A stretch of 56,932 nt of DNA, filler included, from Circinaria calcarea (taxonomy: Eukaryota), in assembly GCA_051942165.1 (NCBI GenBank). It is 7 parts of 7 records of this genome, joined end to end, with 100 filler letters (N's around TTAATTAATTAA, not from the genome) between each part and the next. Parts side by side here need not be neighbours in the genome. Positions count along the whole stretch, not along the records: positions 16,346 to 24,401 come from JAVECS010001183.1; positions 24,502 to 32,544 come from JAVECS010001184.1; positions 32,645 to 40,685 come from JAVECS010001185.1; 4 more parts are not named here. One strand, given 5' to 3'. The position numbers and the translations under genes were made by a program. Every line of letters starts with the position of its first letter. Position 1 is the first letter of the stretch. Under the pieces are notes generated by a model that ran no database searches, had not been told where the DNA came from, and saw only the letters and a program-made list of their open reading frames with translations. Below, one piece after another: positions 23,176 through 35,607 of this stretch.

Positions 23176-23691
23176 ACCAAACTTTCGTACTATCCGCTCT
23201 AATCAACGCAGGGGTGGAGCGGGCACTAAGCTGGGTATCCAAAGCTTAAATATATAAGCCCCGATCTTAGTTGGTACCTATTCCCAATATTAATGGGTGC
23301 ACCCGGAGAGCTATAATACACCCGTGAAAACCGACTTCGCCGAAATGGCCAAAAAGAAGTAAATATTATACCAGTAATTGGAGCGTGTGGGGAAGGAAGC
23401 AGGGAAACAGCGCTAATTAAGCGCGCCTTTCGTTCCATATCTCAACAGTCCCCCGAGTATTCCTGTAGATACATCGCATACACATTCTACACACAGTACC
23501 TCATAGCAGTTCCATAGCATTTATTCATATATTGAAGACGTAGTGCCGTCTCTGTATTGCTTCTCTTTTCTAAAAGCAGAGCCTAAACGCAGGCTGGACC
23601 CCTCCTCATATACCCCGTTAGCTCTAAGCTTAGTTGTTAGTGCCCCGTTCCACCCCTGCGCTGATTAGAGCGGATAGTACGAGAGTTTGGT
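23176..23691. mobile_element. MITE-like non-autonomous element with ~55-bp terminal inverted repeats
   Basis: 23176-23229 (ACCAAACTTTCGTACTATCCGCTCTAATCAACGCAGGGGTGGAGCGGGCACTAA) is the near-perfect reverse complement of 23637-23691. No credible coding sequence inside. Confidence 0.75.
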
Positions 23692-24162
23692 ACTGTCGGA
23701 AACGGCTCGTACCTTAAGTATGCATAGTCAAGTTGTTGCGGTGCGTTGATTGTGCCGAGGATGCTAGAAGTGAATAACGTTGATCTGCTTATAAGCTTTC
23801 TATGTACTAGGCAATAAATATCAAACTGCTAGATTTCACCGTCTGAATAATCACTTATCTTTGCATTGTACAGCAAATGAAGCAATTGGTTGTAAAAATG
23901 AGGAGTAGCCAAGATTGCACTCTCTGCACATTTCGTCCGGTGGCCATTCCGATTACTTTATTCGTACACCTCGTATATAGACCTTTTCATCAGCTTGTGA
24001 ATGTTCTGAGAGATAATCAAGCACAGCTACATATGATACGTTTGTTCAAGACTGCTGGCACTCTGCTCAGCAGCGGCAAGCTTTTCTGACCTCGCCTGAT
24101 TAACTACAACTAAACCAACGATTACTGGTATTGCTACAACGAATTCATCGCACCCCAAACAA

Positions 24163-24401
24163 ATGGCACGAACCCAAATTTCCACCTCTCTTCTCCAACT
24201 GCTCTACACCTTTCTCTACCTCCTTGCACCCGTTCACACTCAGGACTATGACGAGAACTCCTGTCCTACCTCTCTCAGCACCGCCGCCACCATCTACTCT
24301 CCCTTCGTCCCCTGGTGGGCCCATTACTCTGGCTCGAACCAGCAATGCTGGTCTTGGGCCAGCTGCATATTCATCCGCGCCGATGAATCCCGCAAGCAAC
24401 A
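24163..24401 (+). CDS. Hypothetical signal-peptide protein, 3'-truncated
   Basis: MARTQISTSLLQLLYTFLYLLAPVHTQ hydrophobic leader, then a Cys-containing segment open to the contig end. Confidence 0.55.
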
Positions 24402-24501
24402 NNNNNNNNNNNNNNNNNNNNNNNNNNNNNNNNNNNNNNNNNNNNTTAATTAATTAANNNNNNNNNNNNNNNNNNNNNNNNNNNNNNNNNNNNNNNNNNN
24501 N
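24402..24501. other. Artificial contig spacer
   Basis: N44-TTAATTAATTAA-N44. Confidence 0.99.
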
Positions 24502-24562
24502 GGGAACGGATAACAGCAACCGTCGCACTGCTTCGCCAACACCGGTCCAACACCCGGGAGCC

Positions 24563-25932
24563 ATGATGAACGTCCGCTCTCAGTCACTGCGCTCGCCGGT
24601 GTCGCCATACGAACAGCACGCAAAGCAATCCTTTCCAGCACAGCGACCTTGTTACCCGACATCAGCGCATTCAGAGTCGCTGGCGGCAGGCAATGGTCCG
24701 GGTCGAGGCTTGGGGCTCTATCCGGGTTCCTTGGCACCTTCGCAGGCGTGCGAACTCGCATCCTCTCCGCACACCGTCGACAACTGGTCGCACATGCATC
24801 ACGAGTACTCGCAGGCACCACAACCTCCGGATATCTTCTCCGCCGCCTTTGACCCGTTTTCTGGCTTCGCTAGCGCGCCAAACAATGGCATGATCAATGT
24901 GTCATCGCCTGAAGCACCGGCACTGGACTTTTGCCAAACCCCTCCGAATTCGAACCTTCAGTCCCACAGAACGTCAGTCTCATCGTCTTACACCGGATCC
25001 GATGACTACTCCCAGAGTGGCTCCGAATACGCCTATACACCCAAGGTGAAAACAGAAGAAGCCGGCGAATGGTACCCGTCAGCTGGTAACGACCATATTC
25101 TCCAGAGGAATCTTTCCTCACAAGGACCACTAGTGTACACTCCCGCCCTCCCATCATCCCAGGCTGAGGATGTATATCGATCACAGCCGGTTGAATGGTT
25201 AAAACCCGATGCCACTGGGTACATCGCTGAATTGCATCCCAGTCCTGATTCTCGTCTTCAAAGGTTCGATGTTCAACCGATTTTGCCAAGCGTGACTCGG
25301 ACCAAGAAGAAGCGCCAGCGGACAACTCCGGAAGAAGCGACCCACGAATGTAAGGTATGTGGCAAACTCTTCAAGCGGAGTTACAATTGGAAATCCCACA
25401 TGGAAACCCACAACCCGGAGCGAAAATATCCCCATCCGTGTACCGCAATGGTTGGTAATACACAGTGCACCAAGAGATTCCAGAGGAAGACAGACCTCGA
25501 CCGACACGTCGATAGCGTAAGTTTTCGAATCCTACAATCTCTAGTCAAAAACTAACATACAAATGTCAGGTCCACCTCAAAGCCCGGAATCACAAGTGCC
25601 CGCTGTGCGGAAACCGCTTCGCTCGTCGTGACACCCTTAGACGCCACACCGAAGACGGATGTCCTAAGCGATTCGAGCTTGGAGTCCGTGAAGCTTGCGA
25701 AGGTTCCTCCATCGGCTCAATGGCAAACACCTCTGGCCCCCGATGGTCCTTTAATAGTTTCCCCAGCCATGCGAACCGCCCGAGAGCATACAGCGTGGGT
25801 GTTTCCATGCCTCAAACTTCCTCCATGGCGCCTCCGTTGTCCGCGACTTCCCATGCTACATTTCCTCCCTACAACAGGGGAGCGGATTATCGCGGGACGG
25901 CCCCAATTTCGTCGCCGGCGTATCCGTCATGA
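24563..25932 (+). CDS. C2H2 zinc-finger transcription factor (three fingers), possibly 5'-truncated
   Basis: HECKVCGKLFKRSYNWKSHMETH, HPC..CTKRFQRKTDLDRHVDS|VH (intron 25517-25569), HKCPLCGNRFARRDTLRRHTEDGCPKRF. Frame is also open upstream to the contig edge. Confidence 0.9.
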
Positions 25933-26225
25933 GTGCTTCAGCCGCGAGTGTGTACAAACCTTGTGCAATTACCTTGTGTTATGGAATTCTTGTGTTCCCC
26001 TCCACGCATGCAAAGCCGTATTCCTCTATCCCAACCGGGGCCCGGCTTTGGTGCACAATCCACTTTTGGATACACGGGCGTTTTTGGTTCCTGGTTCCAT
26101 ATTCGGAATAGTTGGATTTGGGGTCGGGTTTTTTGGTTTGTTTCATAATGGGTTTGGATCTTTGGTGCGAGGCTTGCTGATCTCACGGCATGGGTAACTA
26201 AAACGGGAGGGGCTGTGGCACACCT

Positions 26226-26262
26226 GGCATGGGCATGGGCATGGGCATGGGCATTGGCATGG
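26226..26262. repeat. (GGCATG)n hexamer microsatellite
   Basis: About 6 tandem copies downstream of the C2H2 gene. Confidence 0.85.
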
Positions 26263-29200
26263 ACTTTCCTTTGGGGGCTTTGATATGTCATGTCAGATAC
26301 GATACTATTTTTTTTCCCCTTCTTACATGGGTTGTACGATTGAAAAGATGGATTGGAATGAGCATGAGCGTGGGCATTTGGGAGATACAATTATGATGGG
26401 GACCATCTTTGGTGTTTTGCGGGGATTGCAGGGGCCTGCCTAATTTCTGCCGAACAAGCGAGAGTGCAGCTTTCATGATACCTTGTGACGTTTTTGGCGC
26501 AAGAGCCTTGAGATAGATCTCGCGCGGTATAAAGACGAAAATTCATCTCCACATTTCCACTGCACCTTGCACATCCGACCGGAACCAGACGCCCTCTTTC
26601 GCGATCGCCCAGGATAAGGTAGGAATGCAGATGGGGGCCGACCCTCCGTCGTTTTAGATTTCTCAGCCCCAGGCGTCAGGATTCGGGATGCCTTCCTTGC
26701 ACAATTCGGTTTGCCTTTGCTGCCTTCTTTGCCGGAATCCCTACCTTGAGCCTCTGCCCATTCATCAGCGAATGATCCCATCCTCCCAGCAGTCCCCACT
26801 ACTCCGGCATCGACGAAACCTCTCCGATAGGCTGCATAGGAAAAAGCCTCGACACCGAAGGACACCCCAGAATAGCAGCCTCACTCGCTGCATCCCCGTT
26901 GGGCTGTCCTGCCCTGCCGTCCCACTCCGCCTTCTCACTCTTTTTTTACGCTGCACTGTCGTGTCCCATCGGACGAAGCCTCCCTCTCGTGAAACGGGAA
27001 TCCCGATTCGCTGCTTCCCCAACTAAGAATACCATGGAGGGGTAGGGTAAAATAGGCAGTCCTCTTACTTTTCCCCAGCACGTCACCCGACAGATTCCAC
27101 ACTCTCACTCAGCTCCTGCACCCAAAGGGCAAACGTGCATGCATGTGCATGAAGGGGCACTAGCTTAGCTCCGCGAGCAAGAGACTCGGGCCTCTGCACT
27201 CGGCGCTTATCCGGCGAATCACGGAACGAAACAGCACCGAGATTTCTGAGGTCGCACGTGCTCAACAGGTAAGCTTGCAGCAAGGCTGAGCTTTTTCTGT
27301 ACGCTTGCTCGAGGCTCGAAATATCACTGCGGGGGATTGCGAGATAGGTAGGAATCAGGAAATTCTAGGAATCGGGGTCTTACAGCGCTCATCTCTCCTC
27401 CGCTCCGGGATTAGAATACGGACGGAGCAAGTGTACGTACTGTGCAGCAATCACTTGGACATCGGAGCTAGTATAGGCCCTCACTCCGACTCTCCGTGAT
27501 TTTTCAGGCATTCCGGTCACCAATCATCCAATCACTCGGACGAAGCAACCCGCAGCTGAATCCAGCTCCGTCTTCTTGGGGCCTTACCCACCGGCTTATC
27601 CGCGGTGCAAGCAAGCAACAATCTCGACTTTTCGCGCAGTCCTACCTGTCTAGCTCCACTCTTGGGAAATCATCTCAGCCTTAGTGGCAATCGCGACTCC
27701 GATTCCTTCCTTCCTACAGGCGACGAACCAATGCCCAACGCACCTCTGATCCTTCATGCACCCCACCAACCTTCCTAATCTCCAGTCCTCCCAAGAATCC
27801 TCAAATACTTCCGTTTAACCAATCATCCCGCAATCATTCATCCACACCTCAGCGCTTAAATCACCCCTCGGAGGCCACATTTGATCCCCCCACCCTACCA
27901 GGAACGCGCAACCCCTAGGACACCACGCTACACCAACAATCGTCGCTGGAAAGCCCGCTCTTCCCATTGGCGGCAGCAGATAGGGCAGCTGGCTGTAATC
28001 TGTTACGCGAGGAGAGATGGAAATAATGATTACTACGAAAACATTGTTTGTGCGCCGTCAAAGAGTGCAACGATGATTTCCGGCCGAGTGCTGGTGATTG
28101 GTTTAGCATCGCGGCAGGCTCCCCAAATAGGCCAGCCAAACATCTTGATTTCGGGTACAGAATAAAATGGTAGAGATAGCCGATTTTCGCCATTAGAGCA
28201 CCCTAAGAGTAGGTACCGGTACGCCGATTTCCTTTGGGGTGACGCGGTTTATCCTGGTCCATGCTAAGGCTGTCCTTGGCTTTTCCTTAGCTTCTTGGTT
28301 CGTCCCGCTTTGCTGGGATGGCCCTCTAAGCGGGACAGAACTAGTCTCGGTCACGGGACGGTTAACCGTTGATTTAGCTAAAGCCCGTAAGCAATGGACG
28401 GAGAGGCGACCCTTACGCGCGCAAGGCTTTCCAACGTTGGAAATTAGCATCATCGTTGGTGCATTCACGAGAACCGGAGGCTAACAGTCATCATCAAGAG
28501 CCCTTCTGGTCCACCAGGCTGGCGCATCGGTCACTCTGGTAATCATGATTTGCGCAAAGGACCAAATGTGGCCGATGTATTACTGTCACAGTCAGCCTCC
28601 ATCACGCACTAAGCAATGCCGGCATGAGGGATGACGGCAATGGGGCTTTTGCTCAGAGAGGTATTTGGACTGCAACCCTACAAGTGCAAGCCATGCATTT
28701 GAGCAACGAGGTACCTATCGTGGTGGTGGTGGTGGTGGTGCTGGCAAGGCTAGAACCCATCTTCCATCTTGGGCGTTGGCCGTGATCCTAGGAGCTCATG
28801 GCTCGCAGCGGCAGCATCGAGCGTGATCGTAATGGCTTCCTCCGCTACGGGACGAATCGTAGCGCTGGGCGGGAACGCTTGCTGGACGGGCTCCCCATTC
28901 CCCCTCCCTTGCAGACCCGCACAGCGCGAGCCAACCGACAAGAGTGACAGTCATGTGACAATGTTGGCCTTCCAAATCCTGTGCATCTAGTCGCAAAAGG
29001 GGACCCCCCCGCCGGCGGAATGGGAAGATGATGCGCCCCAAACGATCCAGCGAATCGCATCGATAAAGCAATGGAGGACCGAGCTCGGACTGCATGATCG
29101 ATGGAAATCGGATGAACCAATCGGGGTCAGCCGAGTCAGGGTGGTGAGATGTTGGTGGCAAGCAAGCGATGGGAGGAGGGGGGGTGCGAGCACGTGTTAG

Positions 29201-32200
29201 GGGAAAAACGTGCTCTAGCTTCCCAAGGAGCAAAACGCTTTTGACTAACTGTTTTATCCCTGAGGATGCCGCGCAGAGGGATGGGATGGGATGTTTCAGC
29301 ATGGCAGGTACATGGCAATGGAGGAGAGGTGGCATGCATGTACGAGGTACCACCATGTCACCCCGTCTACACACAACCCAGATTCGATGCATGAGTTTCA
29401 GAGTTTCGAGTCTCGATGCCGGTACCATATGGAGTACGGGGTGGGAGCGTCGATATCTGCTGAACGTACCCACGTCGGTGCTAAAACCACTCAACTCGAA
29501 AAGATCTTCCTCCCGAACGTCCTCGACCCCTTGGGGTTGAGCCCGAAACACCGGTTCCGCAATGACCACTCCAGCATCGCCACATCAAACACCGTAAGTG
29601 GCAAACGATGATCGACTATGCGGAGAATGCCTGCGGGCCATGCTGATGCGGGAAGGATCACTGCCACAATTCGACCGACAAGTTAGATGCAGGCCCGAGT
29701 TCTCATGCTCTCCGCATCACGCTTACTCCAACGTAATCGCTAAGGCAGAAGTACGTACATTACATGGGGTCTTTTGGCACTGCACCGAGAGTACTATGTA
29801 CATGCGCGCACCATCACTCCAGCCATGCTAGCACGCCTGGATTCCTGAACCATAATGTTTGGCCCAATCTTCCTGCAACAGTTGGCTAGTGCTCCCCATC
29901 CCAGGTCGACGCCGACTTTACTGACCAGCACATCTTTCTACCTATGATTTATCTTCTCCCAGCCAAGGCCCCAAGTCACCCTTGCCTTATCACACTACGC
30001 CTTTTCGTCACAGTGCAGATCCGTCAGAGCCACGTGGCCACTGAACGAACCCCCTCTCTCTTTCACCCTCCCATTCAACACCGTTATCCATCCTGCATCC
30101 TTATCCTTTCCCCCGACCCTGAGCTAGCCATCAAACAATTGCAGCCCCATTGTCGAGACCGAGGACTGCCGTATGGGTACACAAAGTAGCCGGGAAACCG
30201 GTTTCAAAGGATGTCATGCTATGCTTCCTGGTACGAACGAGATTCCTGACACGAATGCGAGAAGCACGCGATGTGACTCTCCAGTTGGCCATACATCCGC
30301 ACTCTTCCTACATGATGCATCATCAATCAATCCTCTAGGGTCATCCCGAAGCTCTTGCTCTGAGTGCAGCACCGCCATGTTTCATGCCGATCAACGTCAA
30401 GCATGCGGGACGGGAAGGGGGAGAGGGGGACAGAACCAAGACTTTGGGCGCTCCGGGAAGACGACAGAATCTCGGTAGTTCAGCGCCGGATGTGCAAGAT
30501 CAACTTCTGATGTCGCCGGAATCCAACCAGATCTGCATCTCCAGGCAAACAGCCAAACAAATTCACCCACGGTCTATCCGGAGGCATTTCAATCCATTCG
30601 ATTCACAATGTCCACACCCATCTACGGAGATGTATGCTTGGGTAGCCCAATCTACTCAAATCAATAATAGTATTGTACTCGTCCCTTGTTGCCGAGAGGG
30701 TAAAAGATTCGCTTGTACAACCACACGAGGAAGATGATGCCTGGACCCTTATGCAATGCGATCGTCGAGAAAACGTCAAAGCGTTGTGTATCACTTGACA
30801 TGCACGCTTGCCTCGTTGGTCACTATCTAATACCAAGCAAAAAGGTACTTTCAGTTCAACAGCAGGTAAGCGTTTTGCGTTTGCTAGCGGACCAACAGAA
30901 TCGTTTCTTGTTTCATCTGCACCTCTCCTGTGCCTTGGGGCTCATGCACGGAATACAGAAATGCAAAGTACACAAGCACTCCATCCAGCTCTTTTGCTGT
31001 GTCATTCCGTTGCAGGCGGACCGTCCCTTTTGTGTCCGTTTTCCCGTTCTTCAGTGCAACCTCTTCTACCCATTCGCTTACCTGGTCAAACTATTGGCCC
31101 ACCAATTCTGCTGAGTAAATCTTCACTACCCACGTCGGGCTATTCCAGCCGGGCATCCCATGGACGGCACTGCAAGTCATGTGGCACAGGATGGTACATT
31201 ACAGCTCTAGTTGCCTCTGTGTTGAAACAAGTACACTGTCCATCTCCCGCTATTTTGCCACCTTCCTGAGCTTCGTCATGAACAATCATGCACAGAATAC
31301 TTTACTTTACTATTCTGTTTCAAAAACACTAGTCTATATGTAAAGCGCCGGTCTACGTTTCCTAAATGGTTGGACATGTCCACGCCGCTTCAGGTCGATC
31401 CTATATTGATTCCGAAGAAAAGATCTCAAATGAGAAAAGTTTGGCTTCTCATTGGTCCGCAAGGGTTTCTACCAAAAGTCATGCGTGTTTGTAACGAGTC
31501 AGCCATCTGGCATTGGGTTAAGCATGCTTGAACTGTTTGGTGATCGTCGACAACACGTACCCACCATAGGGTTGCAGATTCATTTTCCTACCACAGACTT
31601 AAGGTCCATTTACTTTTCTTGAGACACCTGGACCGGAACACGGAAATTCGCCCCTTGCATCTGGAGTATCTGCGCTCCATCCCTCTTAGCGTCCTCGATG
31701 CACAATGTCCAATGGGAACGGAAGCCGTCCAATGTAGGATTATCCATCTTTGGCTCCTGTCTTCGAGTCTAGATCCAGTCAGTTTCAAGTCTAGATCCAG
31801 TGGTAGTATCTACCTTGCAGTCAGGTTCAAGTCTTCCACTACCTTTTGTCACCCTCGAGGTTTCATTCCCAATTCTGCCTTTTACTTTAATGTCCCTCCT
31901 CGATGTCATTTTGTTTTAGCTCTGAAGTAATGCACTCGTAGTTATCTCCCAAGCGTCTACCCTTATCCGAGTCTTCTTGGGTTCTATATTTCTACCACCA
32001 ACAGACAGTGGTCGACCACATGCTTGTTGGAATTCGGCACTGACGATACCCCTGCCGGGTCGTGCTCCTTTCTGTACCAATACCGTTTCTGCATACGCGT
32101 TAACATGAACCAACCAATACACCCGAATCAGACCGTCTAGCCCAAAGCCCCTATCAACTGCACTAGTGAACGCATTGTGCCAGCAACCTTGTCCAAGCGT

Positions 32201-32371
32201 TGCGTGACGTTCCGAATATCCGTAAAAAAGGAAGACGCACACCCCCCCTTTTCTCATTTAACTCGGGTAAATCCACCTCTCAGCTTCCAGACTTTCGCCA
32301 AGGCCATACGTCGGACTAAAATGCCCCAGCCTTCTTTTTCCTTCATCTCAAAACCGCCCCTATCATACAAT

Positions 32372-32449
32372 AGAAAACAGGACGGGGATACCACCAGGCC
32401 ACCAAAAGGCAAGCGCCAATGGGATTTTGAACCCAATTCTGGTGATGTT
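32372..32449 (-). repeat. Copy B of the ~80-bp dispersed repeat with a B-box-like motif
   Basis: Minus strand reads AACATCACCAGAATTGGGTTCAAAATCCCATTGGCGCTTGCCTTTTGGTGGCCTGGTGGT... Confidence 0.85.
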
Positions 32450-32544
32450 TTCCCACCCGAACACTGTAAAGCGCCATACCCGCTTTGAACAATGTCCCTC
32501 GCCCGCTCAAATTTCACTTTTCGCTCTTTCTCTTCCCCCCCCCC

Positions 32545-32644
32545 NNNNNNNNNNNNNNNNNNNNNNNNNNNNNNNNNNNNNNNNNNNNTTAATTAATTAA
32601 NNNNNNNNNNNNNNNNNNNNNNNNNNNNNNNNNNNNNNNNNNNN
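32545..32644. other. Artificial contig spacer
   Basis: N44-TTAATTAATTAA-N44. Confidence 0.99.
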
Positions 32645-33743
32645 CGATTTGCAAAGTCGACGATAAAAGGATCTGGGAAATCTAGGGAGAGATGGACGTA
32701 CGTATACTCTGGGGATCGGCGAAAACCTAATACCATGGCAAGACTCGATGATAGGCCGACTGGTGCAATGCAAATAAACCACACAGTCCTTGCAGTCATG
32801 CATCCGAAACTGCCGAGTTGTAACGAGCATGACACTGCCCTCCACATCCGTGATATGTACAGCTCCACTGACAGACCCGCAGACAAGCAGGCTTGATTTG
32901 ATATTCTTGATTGTCAAGCCTGCAAATGGTTCCCCGTCAACTGCCGGGATAGACATATCAACTACGCATCGCCGTAGGTTTGTGAGCGAGCTAGATGAGG
33001 TGGCATGTACCGCGGAAGACGGGAGGATAATGTGTTGGCCGGCGATAGACGAAATGGCGACGGACTTGGAGGATGAAATGGATGGTTTGCGGACATTGCT
33101 GGTATTGCTACTTGAGGACTGGGAATTTATTTCCAAATTTGGTTGCCGTACTTCCGAGGGGTGCATGTTAACCCCGTTGGGTGGGGTTTCGAGGTAGGCA
33201 GGCGTAGTTGCTAGAGAGGACTCCTCGGATGAAGGGTCTGGGCGATATCCAGGAAGAGACATACGCTGCGCGGAGGCAAGCTCTGCAGCATCGCTAAGGG
33301 ATATCGCGGAAGCATTCTTCTTGAAAGTGAATTTCGATTTTGGCATCAGCCTAGCACGTGTCGTTGCGAGCTCCTCATTCAGCGCTTTGATCGCCTAAAT
33401 CCGAGAGATGTCAACTATACAGACTTTGCAGCGCTGAGGATGATGAGATAGGCCTAACCTCCCCATAGGTGCGCTGGTCATATGCTGGGATGTAGGATGA
33501 CGCATCTTGGACTTCTTTGGAAAGTCGGGCAATACCGGCCAGGCAGTGATCAGCGGCGTCAGATCGCTCGCCACCGACGAGGGCCAAGTCTTTTAGGCGG
33601 CCCATTTGTTGAAGAAGTGCTAACGCAACAGGATTTAGCATAAGATATAAGACTCAAGAGGACCACCGACCAGTGACTTCTTGTCGGAAGTAATTGAAGA
33701 AGTTCTCTTTCGACCTTATCTGTGGTTGAGGATATGCTGCCAT
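32645..33743 (-). CDS. Tubulin-specific chaperone C (TBCC/Cin2), 3'-truncated
   Basis: N-terminal helix bundle (FFNYFRQEV, CLAGIARLSKEVQDASSYIPAYDQRTY), PKSKFTFK, C-CAP beta-helix (GSVSGAVHI, RQFRMHDC, LHCTSRPIIE, IRFSP). Confidence 0.9.
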
Positions 33744-34286
33744 GGTGACGACGGCTAGGCAGGACGGTAGAGTACCACTAGGTATTGGCTTCGTCCCGGA
33801 TTTGTGGGATTTTACTACCTTATCTTCGTTTGCCTCCCAATGATCAGCTTGTAACAAGAACTGCTGTGCGAACCCCAGGTGCCTTGTGGGAGCGTTGAGG
33901 TTGCTTGGGTAAGAATGTTGCTGAAATGTAAAATGCCTGTGATATTCACTTCAGCTGTGAGAGGTTAGCACAAGTAGTATGTTGACGGGAACTGAACGAT
34001 GGAGGACGAAAGTGAGTGTGGGGGAGTTTGTGGCTCGACAATTTATTATCTATGCACCCCGCAGCCTCGATCGCTAGATCGCGCTAGCGCTTGGACCGGG
34101 CACACCTGAGGGCAGCGCGAAGTTAAATGCCCAAAATAAGATTGGGAGTTAATGCAGTAAGGTACCTTGTGAACGCGTAGATGGTGAAGGCATAGGCAGT
34201 GTACAATTGATTGGAAAGGTCCGAGTCTAAGGAGACGAATACAGTATCGCTTCCTGGAGGGTGCCACGGCCCCTCTGGATGACCCC

Positions 34287-35031
34287 TCAGGACGGACTAG
34301 CGGGTACGTCAATCCCGTATCTCTGCTTGATTCTTTCTCGTCTTCGCTCCTCATAACCAGGACCGTATATTCCTATGAACTGGTCAGCACTTCCCATGTG
34401 GAGAGATCTGTCTGCCCTCCACGACGCACCTCTACCCTCACCCAACTCTTCCAGTGTCTCTTGGATCGGTCTCCTCCTGTTCTTCCTCAACTGCTGTTTC
34501 CGCTCAAACTCATCCACATTTGGATCCTTGTCATATCCCCTCAATTGACCTCCTGTGTAATCGTAGGCGCCCAAGAGCACCGCCAATCCAGCGCCATAGC
34601 CCAGGACCGCCGGCAGTGTTCGAACTAGATGGAGATCAGCCAGCGGCCCTGCATTCACGGCCCCGACAACGGACATTTCAACCCCATGATAGACCCAGCG
34701 AGAAACCCTCCAATTGCCGGGTTCCAACTATCGTCTTTCTCCCTTAAGTTTGCTGATGCAATCTTCGCAAACTCATAAGTCCCACCCATCGCAGCTATCG
34801 TCACTTTTAGCCGCTTGCTTCCATGTGCGGTCGGTAAAGGAAGGAGCGCGCACCGAAGACTGCGATTGTACTTCCTGTTCTTGTAAAGATGCCCCATGCC
34901 GTGACGTTCTGCTTCGTGAGAGTGTTTTGGATCGAGGAGACCAGGGTACCGGCAGCCCCAGTGATCATTGTCGCCCGTATCGATGCGGAGATGGCATCTT
35001 TGGGTTGGTATGATGCCTCCTCTGACGCCAT
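34287..35031 (-). CDS. Complex I accessory subunit NDUFA11 (21.3 kDa subunit, Tim17/22/23 family)
   Basis: Spliced YQPKDAI..SSIQNTL..AAMGGTYEF..SANLREKDDSWNPAIGGFLAG..RRRPIQETLEELGEGRG|IYGPGYEERRRERIKQRYGIDV. Confidence 0.9.
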
Positions 35032-35607
35032 GGTCGAGCTGTCAGAGAGGTGGATTGAGTTGTATGATATGACGACTCAAGCCATGTAGATTGGGTGATT
35101 GGGTCAACTTGGAAACAAAGCACGCTAGACCGCCCATCGAAGTGTCTCGAGGCGAGCAGGGATGTTGTCGAGCTTTGTCTGCCGGAGAGCTGAGCTTATT
35201 ATAGAATATATTGAACAGTGGGAGTACGCCCGTTACACATGATATGTACGCAGAGTAATCCGTTCACCTGCGGAGTAAAAGGTGCATCAGATTTATGAGC
35301 TTCCCATAAACATACAGATGTCATTCATGATTGCTACGTCCCTTGAGTCAGCTCGACCGTCTCCACCCTGCCACCATCAAACTTTCTCCGCCCCTGCGCC
35401 CAGTTGTAGAGAGCACAAGCTTCGCAGCCAGGTTGCCTTGCCCCGCCGGTCATAGTCTCCAACAGCTCTCTGGCTCCTTATTCGAGGGCCCCATCGATCT
35501 GCCTCACCAACTTGAAATGCTAGCATTTACTGCCTGCCTACATCTAACACATGCGCCAGGCTACATCGGCCGTATCCCAGGGTGATGCAAGGTCGCATAC
35601 CAAGACG

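Noticed and set aside
28796..29569. 257-aa minus-strand ORF in the gene-poor region
   Set aside because: Non-ATG start, no recognisable motifs, and overlapped by similar random ORFs on both strands.
32372..32480. Functional tRNA gene
   Set aside because: T-arm and acceptor-like pairing are present but there is no anticodon arm; kept only as a tRNA-like repeat.
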